Assembly (NCBI GenBank): GCA_965223325.1
Contig: CBDCWI010000002.1
Span: 1,824,001-1,888,000 of the forward strand
DNA length: 64,000 nt
Direction: 5' to 3'
Source of the DNA: Candidatus Multivoradales bacterium
GTDB lineage: Bacteria; Acidobacteriota; Thermoanaerobaculia; Multivoradales; Multivoraceae
Shown: positions 50,601 to 60,027 of the stretch, in pieces
Position numbering within the stretch: position 1 is the first letter of the stretch
Layout of the letters: each line of letters begins with the position of its first letter
The notes under the pieces: model-generated
Database searches by the model: none
Told to the model about the DNA's origin: nothing
The model's input: the letters and a program-made list of their open reading frames with translations, nothing else
Translations under genes and position numbers: made by a program

Positions 50601-50902
50601 ACAGTTCGAGCATTGGCTTCGACGAAGGTACGCATGTATCGGTGAGTTACAACTTTCGCGTCTGGAAACTGCCGTTGCGTTTGCGCACCGACTACGCCGA
50701 GTTGAACTACGACGTTCACGAACTCGAGCCCGAGCTCGTCGACCAGGAGCTCCTCGGCACGCAGCTGAACCTCAATCTCCATGGGCCCTTCCGGACCGAT
50801 CTCCTGTTCGGGGTCGGTCGCGCACTTCACGCCGAACCGGCTCGGGCCGAGAAGATCACCAGTTGGTGGCTCATTGTCTCGCGACGCTTTGGCAAGGACT
50901 AG
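47681..50902 (+). CDS. Large exported, probably outer-membrane, protein with an N-terminal signalling (STN-like) extension
   Basis: Signal peptide; N-domain resembles that of receptor 4230; central TWKIGFDP...GVIWIDQVTG (LolA/RseB-like); C-terminal amphipathic beta strands; no plug motif seen. Confidence 0.7.
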   Translation: MKTSPHLTLFLCRMTLCSSFAMLAGSLATALPADATSGERYRCRSVPEAIDMLRASGLEVAYSEGLVSERMLVRRTPTAEDSAGLLQEIVGDYGLEVKQLPGKSLSIVPSASQSVERLRRISSPLLVREDSYDALPEWRNLTDIGRSVAFISFVEGSGTAAAPSIDQGVDFIIWRLPERLGDKARAAFELKQQIVATGSRAPTARMGLEGSRAVVEALMDRELAPYVDGYVFERDPWVPELDATGRPWWKTSLASASSDTLLELLLDGARKGAAFVLVQDRGPNASESGLLDAVRATGAGALEDQPQTASQERINATVFLEPRSGNFQVAVYNPSGGGRVSLELEPGLEARVIYPQGEHVATDSYGRFVALQFPGGAEHWLIELEKSRDLARAGEALVEDEVIVDPYEVVVRNQIFQRAEVDKVLSVDVMEYASVTPGWRNGRRSFWEHRIFQRRGRLDEYLHLEVYRDGVRLPRDKMYKSILGRPVERIELAPLTVENRKTYRYRYLGSDEIDGHPTWKIGFDPVVPGRLVSGVIWIDQVTGAHRQIRAKHHNLGVGILSGDYITRYRWIPGPDGCHWDWDRRYGSETYDYLDFEGVAQIDYKRENFRYNRADIEEVIQAAHESDVLIHVATPPEGHRWLLRGAEIKPKRGDLPYEDGVLRVEDMPEVKPDSSDEELPLADEPAIERQAERPAEEAPGPALTASLGSATSRGEGDALTEMLAGPWAFPSRSRISVGYFGNSSSDSDLDFGFNFLDWDFLRRGRKGRDPLYLWIGGFGEDGLVSLTDPHLFGSEWSLTGSFDLQLDPDQDFLFRQNTETPGDESTVSNLSLDSRKVGFRFSFGRPLTGSVSMRLKLGVHSLNFMRKSGTDPNFILPANSSEVTLRSELSWSRRSTHLVLGLEGGRRGSDWRAWGLDGRQEAIDQWSRYDARLTWAHPIGRSQTLAASLGIFGGSDLDRFSRRRLFEVDARVPGYSSSIGFDEGTHVSVSYNFRVWKLPLRLRTDYAELNYDVHELEPELVDQELLGTQLNLNLHGPFRTDLLFGVGRALHAEPARAEKITSWWLIVSRRFGKD

Positions 50903-51086
50903 CTGAAGGCCCCAGCTTCACCATGATGCTGTAGCCCTTGGCGTTCTCACCCAGGTAGAGGAACCCTTTCTTGCGCGCCTTGAAGCTACGCTTGACACCC
51001 GAATCGCCTTCGGCGACCTCGGGATAGCAGAGCGCCAGTTTGCGCAACTGGCGGACGATCGGATTCTCGAATCGTTCGGTTGCCAT
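50903..51086 (-). pseudogene. Truncated MmcQ/YjbR-like fragment
   Basis: LRKLALCYPEVAEG...RSFKARKKGFLYLG...MVKL, then runs into the convergent gene. Confidence 0.5.
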
Positions 51087-51203
51087 GGAAAAACGACAAC
51101 ACCGGCCCACCGATTCGCTGCAAGAATCGGAGATCTGAGAGCTCCGACTCACCGGGGCCCGTTCCCTACTTCCCCATCCTTACTCCCTACCGCCACCCCG
51201 ACT

Positions 51204-53099
51204 GTGACGACCACCGCACCACCGCCGCGCGCGGCCAGACCCACCCTACGTCTCGTCGCCTTGCTGGCCGCCCTTGTCGTGGCTGCCGGAGCTCTGTGGT
51301 TCACCCGCACCCGGCCGGACAATCCCACCTCCCTGGTTCTCATCGTTGTCGACACGCTGCGTAGCGATCATTTGCCGAGCTATGGCTACCGGCGCGACAC
51401 GGCGCCCTTTCTTACGCGTCTGGCCGAAGACGGCATTCAGGTACAGGGCTACAGTGCGTCGCCGTGGACCAAAGCCTCGATGGTGACTCTTCTCTCTGGC
51501 CTCCATCCACAGCGACACCAGACCTTCGGCTTCGAGGACGCGTTGCCGGAGGAGGTCCCATACCTTCCGGCGCTGCTGGCGGAGCGCGGCTACCGAACCG
51601 TCGGTTTCAACTCGAACGGAACGCTGGCCAGTTTCCTCGGCCTAGCGCGCGGCTACCAGAAATACCTCGAACCGCCGCCGGAGCGTACGGCAAAGCCCGA
51701 CGCCAAGGAAGTCACCGATGCCGTCCTCTCGCTAGCTCGTAACCTGGCTTCTGGAGGTGACGAGCCCTTCCTGCTCTATGCCCATTACCTCGATCCGCAC
51801 GATCCGTACGAGCCTCCCCGCGCATTCGGCAGTGACCTCTCCCCTGCCGAGTTTGTCCAGCCACAAGACGTTGTCGAGGGGCGGCTGAGCCTGACCGGGT
51901 CCGTCCTCGAGAAGTTCCGCGACCAGTACGACGGCGAGATCCGGCAGATGGACGAAGAGATCTCGCGCCTTTTCGACGGGCTCGATGCCCTCGGTCTGCT
52001 CGACGACGACACCATACTGGTGGTGACGTCCGATCACGGCGAAGAGTTCGGCGACCACGGGCGCATCGGTCATGGCAAGACTGTGCACGCGGAGTCGGTT
52101 CAGGTGCCGCTCATCTTCTGGCGAAGGAGTGATATGGCGCGATATGTCTCGGACGACGCGTTTCACCAGGTCGACTTCTTGCCCACCATCCTCGAGGCGC
52201 TGCAGCTTTCATCGGACCCGGAACTCGGCGCCCTGATGGCCGACCTCGATGGGCGCTCGAGATGGCGCGACCTGCAGAACCAGGCGCTCGGGCCTGCCAG
52301 TGACTTCCATTTCCACCTCGATCTATACCCGGCTGGCGAACTCGGGCTCCTCGACGGAAGGCACAAGTTCATTCACCGTCGCGGCACGCCCAGCAACCTG
52401 CTCTTCGACGTCGAGGTTGACCCGGGCGAACGCACCAACCTGGTTTCAGCTGGTAAGAAGCGAGGCGAGTTTCTCGCCCGGGTGATTGCACACCACAACA
52501 CTCACAGCGCAACCGCACACGAACGAGTGATCACCGAGGAAGGAGACAGCGCGAGGGCTGCGCTCGAAGCCCTGGGCTACGTGGAACCCGAGAACGCGAG
52601 CCTTTCCAGCCGGCGCATGCCCACAACGCTCGAGGTCTTCGACACCCGGGTGCTGGGCCTCTTCGGAGACGAAGACCCTACTGCCTGGCAAACTCGCCTC
52701 GACCTGCCGGCAAACTCGCCGCAGCTCCTCGGGTCCTGGAAACCGGTGGACACGGCTGCCGAACATCGACTTCGAGGTCCGTGGTCGGGTGCATTCGCGA
52801 CCGTCGTGCTTCCGATTGAGGGCGACGGCTCGCAGTCGGTCGTGGTCACCGGCCTCGTGTCGGGGGCGACCACCCGCCAATGTCGAATCACTCTCAGCGG
52901 CGGAGAATCGGCCGCCGCGAAGACAGAGCCTCGGGTTCACAGCCTCGAAGAGGGTCGCTTCGACCTGCGCATCCCGGTTCCGGCCGAACTTTCGGTAGGG
53001 CCGGTGCTCTACGTTGACCTTGAAGTGCGACCCCTTGCCGGTGAAACGGCGGCTGGAATGGCCGGGTTGCAGATCGAGTCTGTCGGCTGGGCACCCTAG
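51204..53099 (+). CDS. Membrane-anchored sulfatase-like hydrolase/transferase
   Basis: VVDTLRSDH, HYLDPHDPY, YDGEI, SDHGEEF, LEALGYV. Confidence 0.87.
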   Translation: MTTTAPPPRAARPTLRLVALLAALVVAAGALWFTRTRPDNPTSLVLIVVDTLRSDHLPSYGYRRDTAPFLTRLAEDGIQVQGYSASPWTKASMVTLLSGLHPQRHQTFGFEDALPEEVPYLPALLAERGYRTVGFNSNGTLASFLGLARGYQKYLEPPPERTAKPDAKEVTDAVLSLARNLASGGDEPFLLYAHYLDPHDPYEPPRAFGSDLSPAEFVQPQDVVEGRLSLTGSVLEKFRDQYDGEIRQMDEEISRLFDGLDALGLLDDDTILVVTSDHGEEFGDHGRIGHGKTVHAESVQVPLIFWRRSDMARYVSDDAFHQVDFLPTILEALQLSSDPELGALMADLDGRSRWRDLQNQALGPASDFHFHLDLYPAGELGLLDGRHKFIHRRGTPSNLLFDVEVDPGERTNLVSAGKKRGEFLARVIAHHNTHSATAHERVITEEGDSARAALEALGYVEPENASLSSRRMPTTLEVFDTRVLGLFGDEDPTAWQTRLDLPANSPQLLGSWKPVDTAAEHRLRGPWSGAFATVVLPIEGDGSQSVVVTGLVSGATTRQCRITLSGGESAAAKTEPRVHSLEEGRFDLRIPVPAELSVGPVLYVDLEVRPLAGETAAGMAGLQIESVGWAP

Positions 53100-53129
53100 C
53101 GAGATCTGCGACCGGCTACCACCCGACCA

Positions 53130-55570
53130 TCAGCCTTCGCCGGCTCCGATCTCATCGACTGCAACGATCTGAGTCTCGCTGGTGAGGGTGCGGTGAACGG
53201 GACAGCGACTTGACACCTTGAGCAATCGTTGGCGCTGCGCTTGGTCGAGGGGCCCGTCCAACCAGAGCTCCTTTTCGATCCGATCGATGCGCCCCTTCTT
53301 CGTCTCGCACTCGGCACAGTCCTGAGCGTGGACCCGTGCGTGACGAAGTCGAACACGAACGGACTCGAGGGGGATCTCTTCGCGATCGGCGACGATGCGG
53401 AGCGTCATCGAAATGCAGCTGCCGAGACCAGCAAGCAGCATCTCATAGGGCGCGGGGCCACTGTCTGCGCCGCCAAACGAGGCCGGCTCATCCGTCTTGA
53501 GCACGTGTCCCCGGGTTCGCACCCGCTGCGCGAATCTGGCGCCGTCTACACTCTCGACTTCGACAACACCCTCGGGAAGAGGGCTCTTCTCGGTTCTGGA
53601 ATCGAGACCTCTGGCGTCGCGCGCTGGCGGTTCATCCGCAGGAATGTAGCGCGCCGCCCAGGTTGCCAGCATCGAGGCCGCGAAGTCGGCATCTAGAGGC
53701 CGTTCGAGCAGGAGATGATCGGCGCCATCCAGTGCGACGAAGCTTTTCGGATGCTTCGCCGCCTGGAAAATCTCGCGCGCGTGGTCGACACTCACCACCT
53801 TGTCGACGGGCGAGTGCATGACCAGGAGCGCACGCCGCAGAGCGCCGAGCGTTTCGGTCAGCCGATGGCCCTCGAGATCGGCAAAGAGCTCACGCCTGAT
53901 CGTGAAGGTCCTTCCACCGAGCAGAACCGAGCTGAGTGCAGCATCGCGATCGACGTCACCGAGAATTCCTTCGGCGAGATGGGCGGGAGAACTCGGCGCG
54001 CCAAGGACCGCCACCGCCACGACTTCCGGGATGGGCTCTTCAGGATCTGAGGTGGGTGGCGTAGCCTTCGGGCCATGCGTGACACGGAACTGTACGGTCG
54101 GATTCTCGGCCTCACTCGTCCTTGGCGTGTGAGCGATGTGGTGTTGGAGGAGGCCTCGACGAAGGTCGAGGTTTATGTTGATCACGGTGGTGAGGGTCTT
54201 CGCTGTCCCGCCTGCGAAGGGTCGGTGACGGTCCACGACCATCGCGAGCGGCGTTGGCGTCACCTCGACACCTGCCAGTTCCAGACGATCCTCGTCGCTC
54301 GGGTTCCTCGAGTGCGGTGCAAGGAGCACGGAGTGAAGACGATCCAGGTGCCCTGGTCCGATCCGGGTTCGGGGTTCACGGCTCTGTTCGAAGCGCTGGT
54401 GATCGACTGCTGCAGGCTGCGAACACGTCGGCCGTGTCCAGACTTCTTGGCTTGACGTGGGACGAGGTCGACGGGATCAAGCAGCGAGCGGTGGCCCGTG
54501 GTCTGGCCCGCAGGGAACTCGCGGTGCCCGAAGACATCGGTGTCGACGAGACGTCTTTCCAGAAGCGTCACGAGTACGTGACGGTGGTCGCAGACACGCA
54601 GGCGAACGTGATCCACTGGGTGAGCGACGGCCGTGGGAAGGAGTCCCTGTCTTCGTACTTCGAGTGCTTCGAAGTGGCTGAGCTGCAACAGGTTCGCAGC
54701 ATCACGATGGACATGTGGCGGCCCTTCATCCAGACGACGTTGGAGCGTGTGCCTGGCGGCGCATCGAAGATCGCCTTCGGCAAAGATGTGGCGATGCACC
54801 TCGGCCAGGCCGTGGACAAGGTCCGTCGCGAGGAGAACCGGCAGCTGCTCGAGTCGGGCGACGAGAGTCTCAAGGGGACGAAGTACCTCTGGCTGTACCA
54901 CCCCAGCTGGCCGAGCGAACCTCGGAGTCGCGCCTGCTCGACTTCGACTCCTTGCTTCGTCGCTCGCTTCGGACAGCTCGAGCCTGGCGCCTCAAGGAAA
55001 TGCTGATGGAGATCTGGGTGCCGATCGCGATCGACCGTACTCGTGGGCGATTCGTTCACGCCACGATGAAGCGAGCACGCATGATCCAGCTTCGAAGGGG
55101 CGAGATCGCGCTCGGCGTCACCAACGCCAAGGCGGGCTTCAACACCAAGAAGTGGCTCGGCGCGCGCGAAGGACCGCCACCGCCACGACTTCCGGGATGT
55201 GGGGCGCCGCCGAGAGCGCCGCTGTTCCGCCGAGACTGTGCCCGATCAGCAATCGCGGCGCCTCCTCGTGAGCGCGCAGATGATTCGCCGCGGCGATTAG
55301 ATCGTCTCGGTTGGAGGAGAAATCAGTACCGGTGAAATCACCTTCACTTTCGCCGAGGCCGGTGAAATCGAAACGCAGCACGGCGTAGCCGTCTTTAGCG
55401 AGAGCGGTGGTAATGCGCTTGGCCGAGCGAAGGTCCTTCGTGCAGGTGAAGCAGTGCGCGAATAGAGCCCAGGCACGAATTGGTTGGCCGTCGGGTGGCA
55501 ACTCAGCCCACCCGACCAGTGGGTGCCCCAAGGAACCCTCGAATTGCATCTTCTGCGCACGTCCCGCCAT
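53130..55570 (-). pseudogene. Bifunctional alpha/beta-hydrolase/OsmC protein split by an ISL3 element
   Basis: 5' part 55570-55156 (FAHCFTCTKD, GHSLGG) and 3' part 54033-53130 (LDGADHLL, LGSC, CPVHRTL). Confidence 0.88.
54034..55155 (+). mobile_element. Degraded ISL3-family element
   Basis: Left end GGCTCTTC; zinc finger CPAC...RRWRHLDTCQF, IGVDETSF, TMDMW, GVTNAKA; several frameshifts; no right IR. Confidence 0.85.
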
Positions 55571-55779
55571 CGGTCGACTCCTCTCTTCCTTCATACGGCC
55601 AAGGAGCGTACCGCCGCGGCTGGTGAGCTCGCTGACGAGTGGTCCAACCGTGGGCCAGGCCCGGGAGTGCTTCGGCTCCAACGAGGAACTCAAAACCCAT
55701 AAATAGAATTTTTCCCGTAAATCTGGGATACTTTCGCCCTGAACGACCAGGCCGTTAGGCTAGAAATTGGAGATCTACT

Positions 55780-58700
55780 TTGCTGAACGATGTCAGGGAC
55801 TGTCAGAGGGATGCGCCGAGAACGAACCGCCGGAGAGATCAGGTTGCCGCAATCCGACGCAGGACCAGCACGAGCTGGGCAGCAGCCGGTCTCCTGTTGA
55901 GCAGCGTCGCCGTTCAATCCGTCAGTGCCCAGACCGGCAACTACGACGCAGTTCTCGAGGTCGGTGCCGATTTTCAGGCAGCGGTCGACGCACACCCTCC
56001 GGGGAGTTCCTTCCTGATTGCCACCGGAGTCCATCGACTGCAATCGGTAACGCCAAAAGACGGAATGACATTCGATGGTGAGGTGGGCGCGGTAATGAAC
56101 GGCTCGAGGCTCTTGTCGAGTTTTCAGTTCGACGGCACCTGGTACTACGTGGATGGGCAAACGCAAGAGGGTTACCGCAATGGCTCCTGCGAGAGTGGCT
56201 ATTCGCGCTGTCACTATCCAGAAGACGTCTTTGTCGATGACGTGCCCCTGCGACACGTGGCAGGGTACGCCGACTTGGCTCCAGGTACCTTCTACTTCGA
56301 CTATGCAGCGGATCGGATCTACCTCGGGGAGAACCCCAACGGCCACCAGGTCGAGACCAGCGTTTCGCCGAGTGCGTTTTCGGGTCCTGCGGTCGACGTT
56401 TCAATCCGGGGTCTGGTGATCGAGAAGTACGCCAACCCAGGTCAAACCGGTGCCATCGGCCCTGAGGGATCTGGCTGGTTGACCGAGAACGTCGAGGCGC
56501 GTTTGAACCACGCCGGCGGCATCCGACTCAAGGAGAGCAGTGTGATCCGCGGCTGCTTTGCTCACCACAACGGTCAGGCTGGAATCTTGACCAACGGCGC
56601 CGACGTCCTGGTCGAAGACAATCGTATCGGGTGGAACAACTTCGCCCACCACAGCCAGGATTGGGAAGCGGGCGGCACCAAGTTCGCTCACGCCCTCAAC
56701 GCGGTCATTCGCCGTAACTGGGTGCACGACAACCTCGGCTCCGGGCTCTGGGTCGACATACGCGGCGAGAACGCCATCCTCGAAGACAACGTCTCGGAGC
56801 ACAACTTCCGCGCCGGCCTGCACTACGAAGTCTCCAACGGCGGCATCGTGCGATACAACTACATGGAGGCAAATGGCCTGGACGACCCCCGCAACAGTTG
56901 GCTCTGGGCATCCGGCATCCTGGTTGCCGCTTCTCGCGACGTCGAAGCTCACGACAACGTCGTGGTGACCAATGGCAACGGCATCACCGGCGTCCAACAG
57001 ATGCGTGGCAGCGATACGTGGGGCGAGCTCTGCGTCACGGGGCTCGATGTTCACCACAACACGATCACCATGGCGCGCGGCGCGACCGGCGTGGCCGCCG
57101 ACTACACGCCCCCCGGCGGATCTGAAGACTGCTCGATCAACGTCTTTGGAGCAGCCGCGAACAACCACTTCGAGTCGAACACGTACTACGTCGATTCACT
57201 TGGAGCCTCACGGTGGGCCTGGAACGGTGGCTACCGAGACTTCTCCGCGTGGCAGGGCTTCGGACACGACCTGCAGGCGACGACCCAGGTGATCTCCAGC
57301 GAGCCCCCCACCTGGTCAGGCAGCGTGGCCGTCGACAGCCAGAGCGAGACCCAGGTGGCGCTCTCGTGGGCACCGGCTAGTGACGCCGAGGGGGTGGCGG
57401 CCTATCGGGTCTATGAAGACACGCTCGGACAGGTCGCAACAACCAGCGGCTCTTTGTCCGTGACCGTGCGTTGGCTCGAGCCTGGCATAACCTACTCGTT
57501 TCGAGTCGAAGCCGTCGATGTCATGGGAAACGAGTCTGAAGATGGACCGGCAGTGACTGCTACGACAGTGATCGACTGTGGCGACAGTGCCTGTGCGCCT
57601 TCGGGCCTGTCGGCCTTAGCCGGCGGACAGAACTCCATCGAGCTCACTTGGACCGACAACGAACCCGCCGAAGTTGGATACGAAGTCGAGCGGTCTGTCG
57701 ACGGGTCGTCCTGGGCAACGCTGGCCACGCTTTCGGCTGACTCCGAGAGCCATACCGACAGTGGGCTGAACGCCGGCAGCACCTTCTACTACCGCGTGCG
57801 GGCGATCGGTGGGAGCGGGCCCTCCCCCTACTCGAACGTCGCCCAGGCGACCACGGATTCCGAGATCGAAACCAGCGTACATCTGGCCACCGCCGAGACC
57901 TCGCAGAAGGGCACTCAAACCAACAACTTTCAGGCAACCCACTCTCAGGGAGGTCTCGTCGAAACGCTAGAGGAAATCCAGAGCGGCGGTAACCCAGCGA
58001 ACCAACGCAGCGTCCTCGACCATCGTTGGACAATCCCAGTCTCCGGCGCCGGCACGCACTCCCTGGTGCTCACCGCCTGGGCCACCGGAGCTGAAGGTGA
58101 ATCCTTCGTCATCTCCTATGCCACCGACGGCGCTACCTTCACCGACCTCTTGACGGTCTCGGGAACCAGCGCAACGACGTACGTCGAAGAGCTCCCCGCG
58201 CTGGCGAGTGGCCAGTTCACCGTGCGCGCCCTCGACTCCGATCGCACGCGCGGCAACTCTGCTCTCGACAGCCTACACGTCGACTACCTGGCGGTTGAAA
58301 CCATCGGCTCACCCGGTGGCCCAGGCGATCCGCCTACAGCTCCCAGCAACCCTGAAGCGACAGCGACCTCAACCAGTCAGATCGCGCTTTCGTGGACCGA
58401 CACTTCGGACAACGAGCTCGGGTTTGCGATTGAACGCTCCGAAGACAGTTCAAGCTTTTCCGAGATCGCTCGGACGGCAGCCAACACCACCTCGTACCAG
58501 GACACCAATTTGACGGCCGGAACGACCTACTACTACCGCTTCGTGAGCTACAACGCAGAGGGATCATCGGCACCGAGCTCGGTCGTCCAGGCAACCACGA
58601 ATGAACCCAGTGGCGGCATCGAGCTCGCTGCAAGTGGCAGCAAAGAGAAGGGAAAGCACATCATCGCCTTGAGCTGGAGCGGCTCGAGCGCCAGTTCCTT

Positions 58701-58851
58701 CACGGTCTGGAGAGACGGCCAGACGCTGGCAACCGTCTCCGGCCAGTCCTACACCGACAACACCAACAACAGAGGCGGAAGAACCTACACCTACCGCGTC
58801 TGCGAGGCCCCGTCGGGCCTCTGCTCGGCCGAAGTACAGGTCAACTTCTAG
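55780..58851 (+). CDS. Secreted right-handed beta-helix protein with fibronectin type III repeats
   Basis: WEAGGTKF, NWVHDN.G.GLWVD, LHYEVS; FN3 repeats LTWTD...YYYRV; start uncertain. Confidence 0.85.
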   Translation: MLNDVRDCQRDAPRTNRRRDQVAAIRRRTSTSWAAAGLLLSSVAVQSVSAQTGNYDAVLEVGADFQAAVDAHPPGSSFLIATGVHRLQSVTPKDGMTFDGEVGAVMNGSRLLSSFQFDGTWYYVDGQTQEGYRNGSCESGYSRCHYPEDVFVDDVPLRHVAGYADLAPGTFYFDYAADRIYLGENPNGHQVETSVSPSAFSGPAVDVSIRGLVIEKYANPGQTGAIGPEGSGWLTENVEARLNHAGGIRLKESSVIRGCFAHHNGQAGILTNGADVLVEDNRIGWNNFAHHSQDWEAGGTKFAHALNAVIRRNWVHDNLGSGLWVDIRGENAILEDNVSEHNFRAGLHYEVSNGGIVRYNYMEANGLDDPRNSWLWASGILVAASRDVEAHDNVVVTNGNGITGVQQMRGSDTWGELCVTGLDVHHNTITMARGATGVAADYTPPGGSEDCSINVFGAAANNHFESNTYYVDSLGASRWAWNGGYRDFSAWQGFGHDLQATTQVISSEPPTWSGSVAVDSQSETQVALSWAPASDAEGVAAYRVYEDTLGQVATTSGSLSVTVRWLEPGITYSFRVEAVDVMGNESEDGPAVTATTVIDCGDSACAPSGLSALAGGQNSIELTWTDNEPAEVGYEVERSVDGSSWATLATLSADSESHTDSGLNAGSTFYYRVRAIGGSGPSPYSNVAQATTDSEIETSVHLATAETSQKGTQTNNFQATHSQGGLVETLEEIQSGGNPANQRSVLDHRWTIPVSGAGTHSLVLTAWATGAEGESFVISYATDGATFTDLLTVSGTSATTYVEELPALASGQFTVRALDSDRTRGNSALDSLHVDYLAVETIGSPGGPGDPPTAPSNPEATATSTSQIALSWTDTSDNELGFAIERSEDSSSFSEIARTAANTTSYQDTNLTAGTTYYYRFVSYNAEGSSAPSSVVQATTNEPSGGIELAASGSKEKGKHIIALSWSGSSASSFTVWRDGQTLATVSGQSYTDNTNNRGGRTYTYRVCEAPSGLCSAEVQVNF

Positions 58852-58874
58852 CCCGCCCCTGGCCTCGGCGCTCA

Positions 58875-58961
58875 GGTCGCGCGCTCGATGCCGAACCGGC
58901 TCGCGCCGAGAAGATCACCAGTTGGTGGTTCATCATCTCGCGTCGATATGGAGACGCCTAG
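58875..58961 (+). pseudogene. C-terminal remnant of a paralog of 47681-50902
   Basis: GRALDAEPARAEKITSWWFIISRRYGDA* versus GRALHAEPARAEKITSWWLIVSRRFGKD* (50816-50902). Confidence 0.85.
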
Positions 58962-59123
58962 TACCCCGCACCATTGAAACGGATAGTGGCTGAGCGGATG
59001 ATCGTGCTCGAGATCAAGGCGTCACGACGCAGGCATATTGGTGATCTGTCGAGGAGTGACAACACAGAGATCGAGCGCGAGGACCGCGCAGACGCTGTGC
59101 GTTTCAATGGTACGGGGTACTAG
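58958..59123. mobile_element. 166-bp MITE-like palindromic element, copy 2 (inverted)
   Basis: Reverse complement of 19394-19559 with only a few substitutions; CTAG at both ends. Confidence 0.85.
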
Positions 59124-59905
59124 ATACCTGCGTACGCTACGGAGTGACCGTAGGTGAACTCCGCGATTGGCTTCGACAGCCAGAGCCAGGCTGGCTCGTC
59201 ATCGTCACGGACGCGAACGACGACGACCGTCGCATCGCAGCCCGGGTTCTCCCGATGCGCCGCCGTCACGATCAGCTGCGCAAGATGGCGCGGGGGTATC
59301 TCCCCGACGGTGTCAGACAGGGTCACCTTTTCGACAACATGCTCGGCCCCATCCGTACAGAGCAGGAACGTGTCGCCTGCACGAAGGTCGATTCCAAAGG
59401 TGTCGACCTCGAGACTCTCGAGCTCGCTCTCGGCGCCGCTCGCAGTGGGTCGAGCCAGGTCGAGTGAGGTGGTCAGCGCGTGGTCGTGCGTCAAGAGGTG
59501 GGTCTCGAAGTCCCGATGGAGGTAGACGCGACTATCACCGGCGTGACTCACCGCGCCCCGGTGTGCATGAACGAGGAGCATCGAAAGCGTCGTCGCCATG
59601 CCTTCAAACGCGGGTACCTCGCGCGACACATCGAGCACCGCATGGAGTGCATGGCGAACCGCCCGCTCAGCGAAACGGGACGATGAGAACGTGCGCGCGA
59701 GCGTCGTCCCCCAACGACTCTGCTCTCGCTCGACAAACTCCTCGAGCGCCGAAACCGCAGTTCCGGCGGCGATCTCTCCAGCCGGCCGCGCGCTCGCACC
59801 GTCGCAGACCACGTAGAGACCGAGGCCCTCCTCGGCGAGAAAAGCGTCTTCGTTGTGTGAGCCGTCGCCACGACCCCGCGAAGCACCGGATCCGACTGTC
59901 TTCAT
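59120..59905 (-). CDS. PP2C/PPM-family Ser/Thr phosphatase (divergent)
   Basis: NEDAF, VCDG, AGDSRVY, LTHDH, LCTDG, DATVVVV. Confidence 0.85.
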   Translation of the reverse strand: MKTVGSGASRGRGDGSHNEDAFLAEEGLGLYVVCDGASARPAGEIAAGTAVSALEEFVEREQSRWGTTLARTFSSSRFAERAVRHALHAVLDVSREVPAFEGMATTLSMLLVHAHRGAVSHAGDSRVYLHRDFETHLLTHDHALTTSLDLARPTASGAESELESLEVDTFGIDLRAGDTFLLCTDGAEHVVEKVTLSDTVGEIPPRHLAQLIVTAAHRENPGCDATVVVVRVRDDDEPAWLWLSKPIAEFTYGHSVAYAGI

Positions 59906-60027
59906 GGTGGTCACTCCCAAAGGAACGCCACCATGCTACCCGCACTCACCCTCAGTCGGAGCGACTTTCCCTGCCAGTCGACCCAACCCTCCAGGCTCAG
60001 ACGGGCAGGATCCGGGCGCGACGACTC

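Noticed and set aside
53130-54329. 399-aa ORF as an intact gene
   Set aside because: Its N-terminal ~99 aa is antisense ISL3 sequence fused to the 3' half of the split hydrolase/OsmC gene
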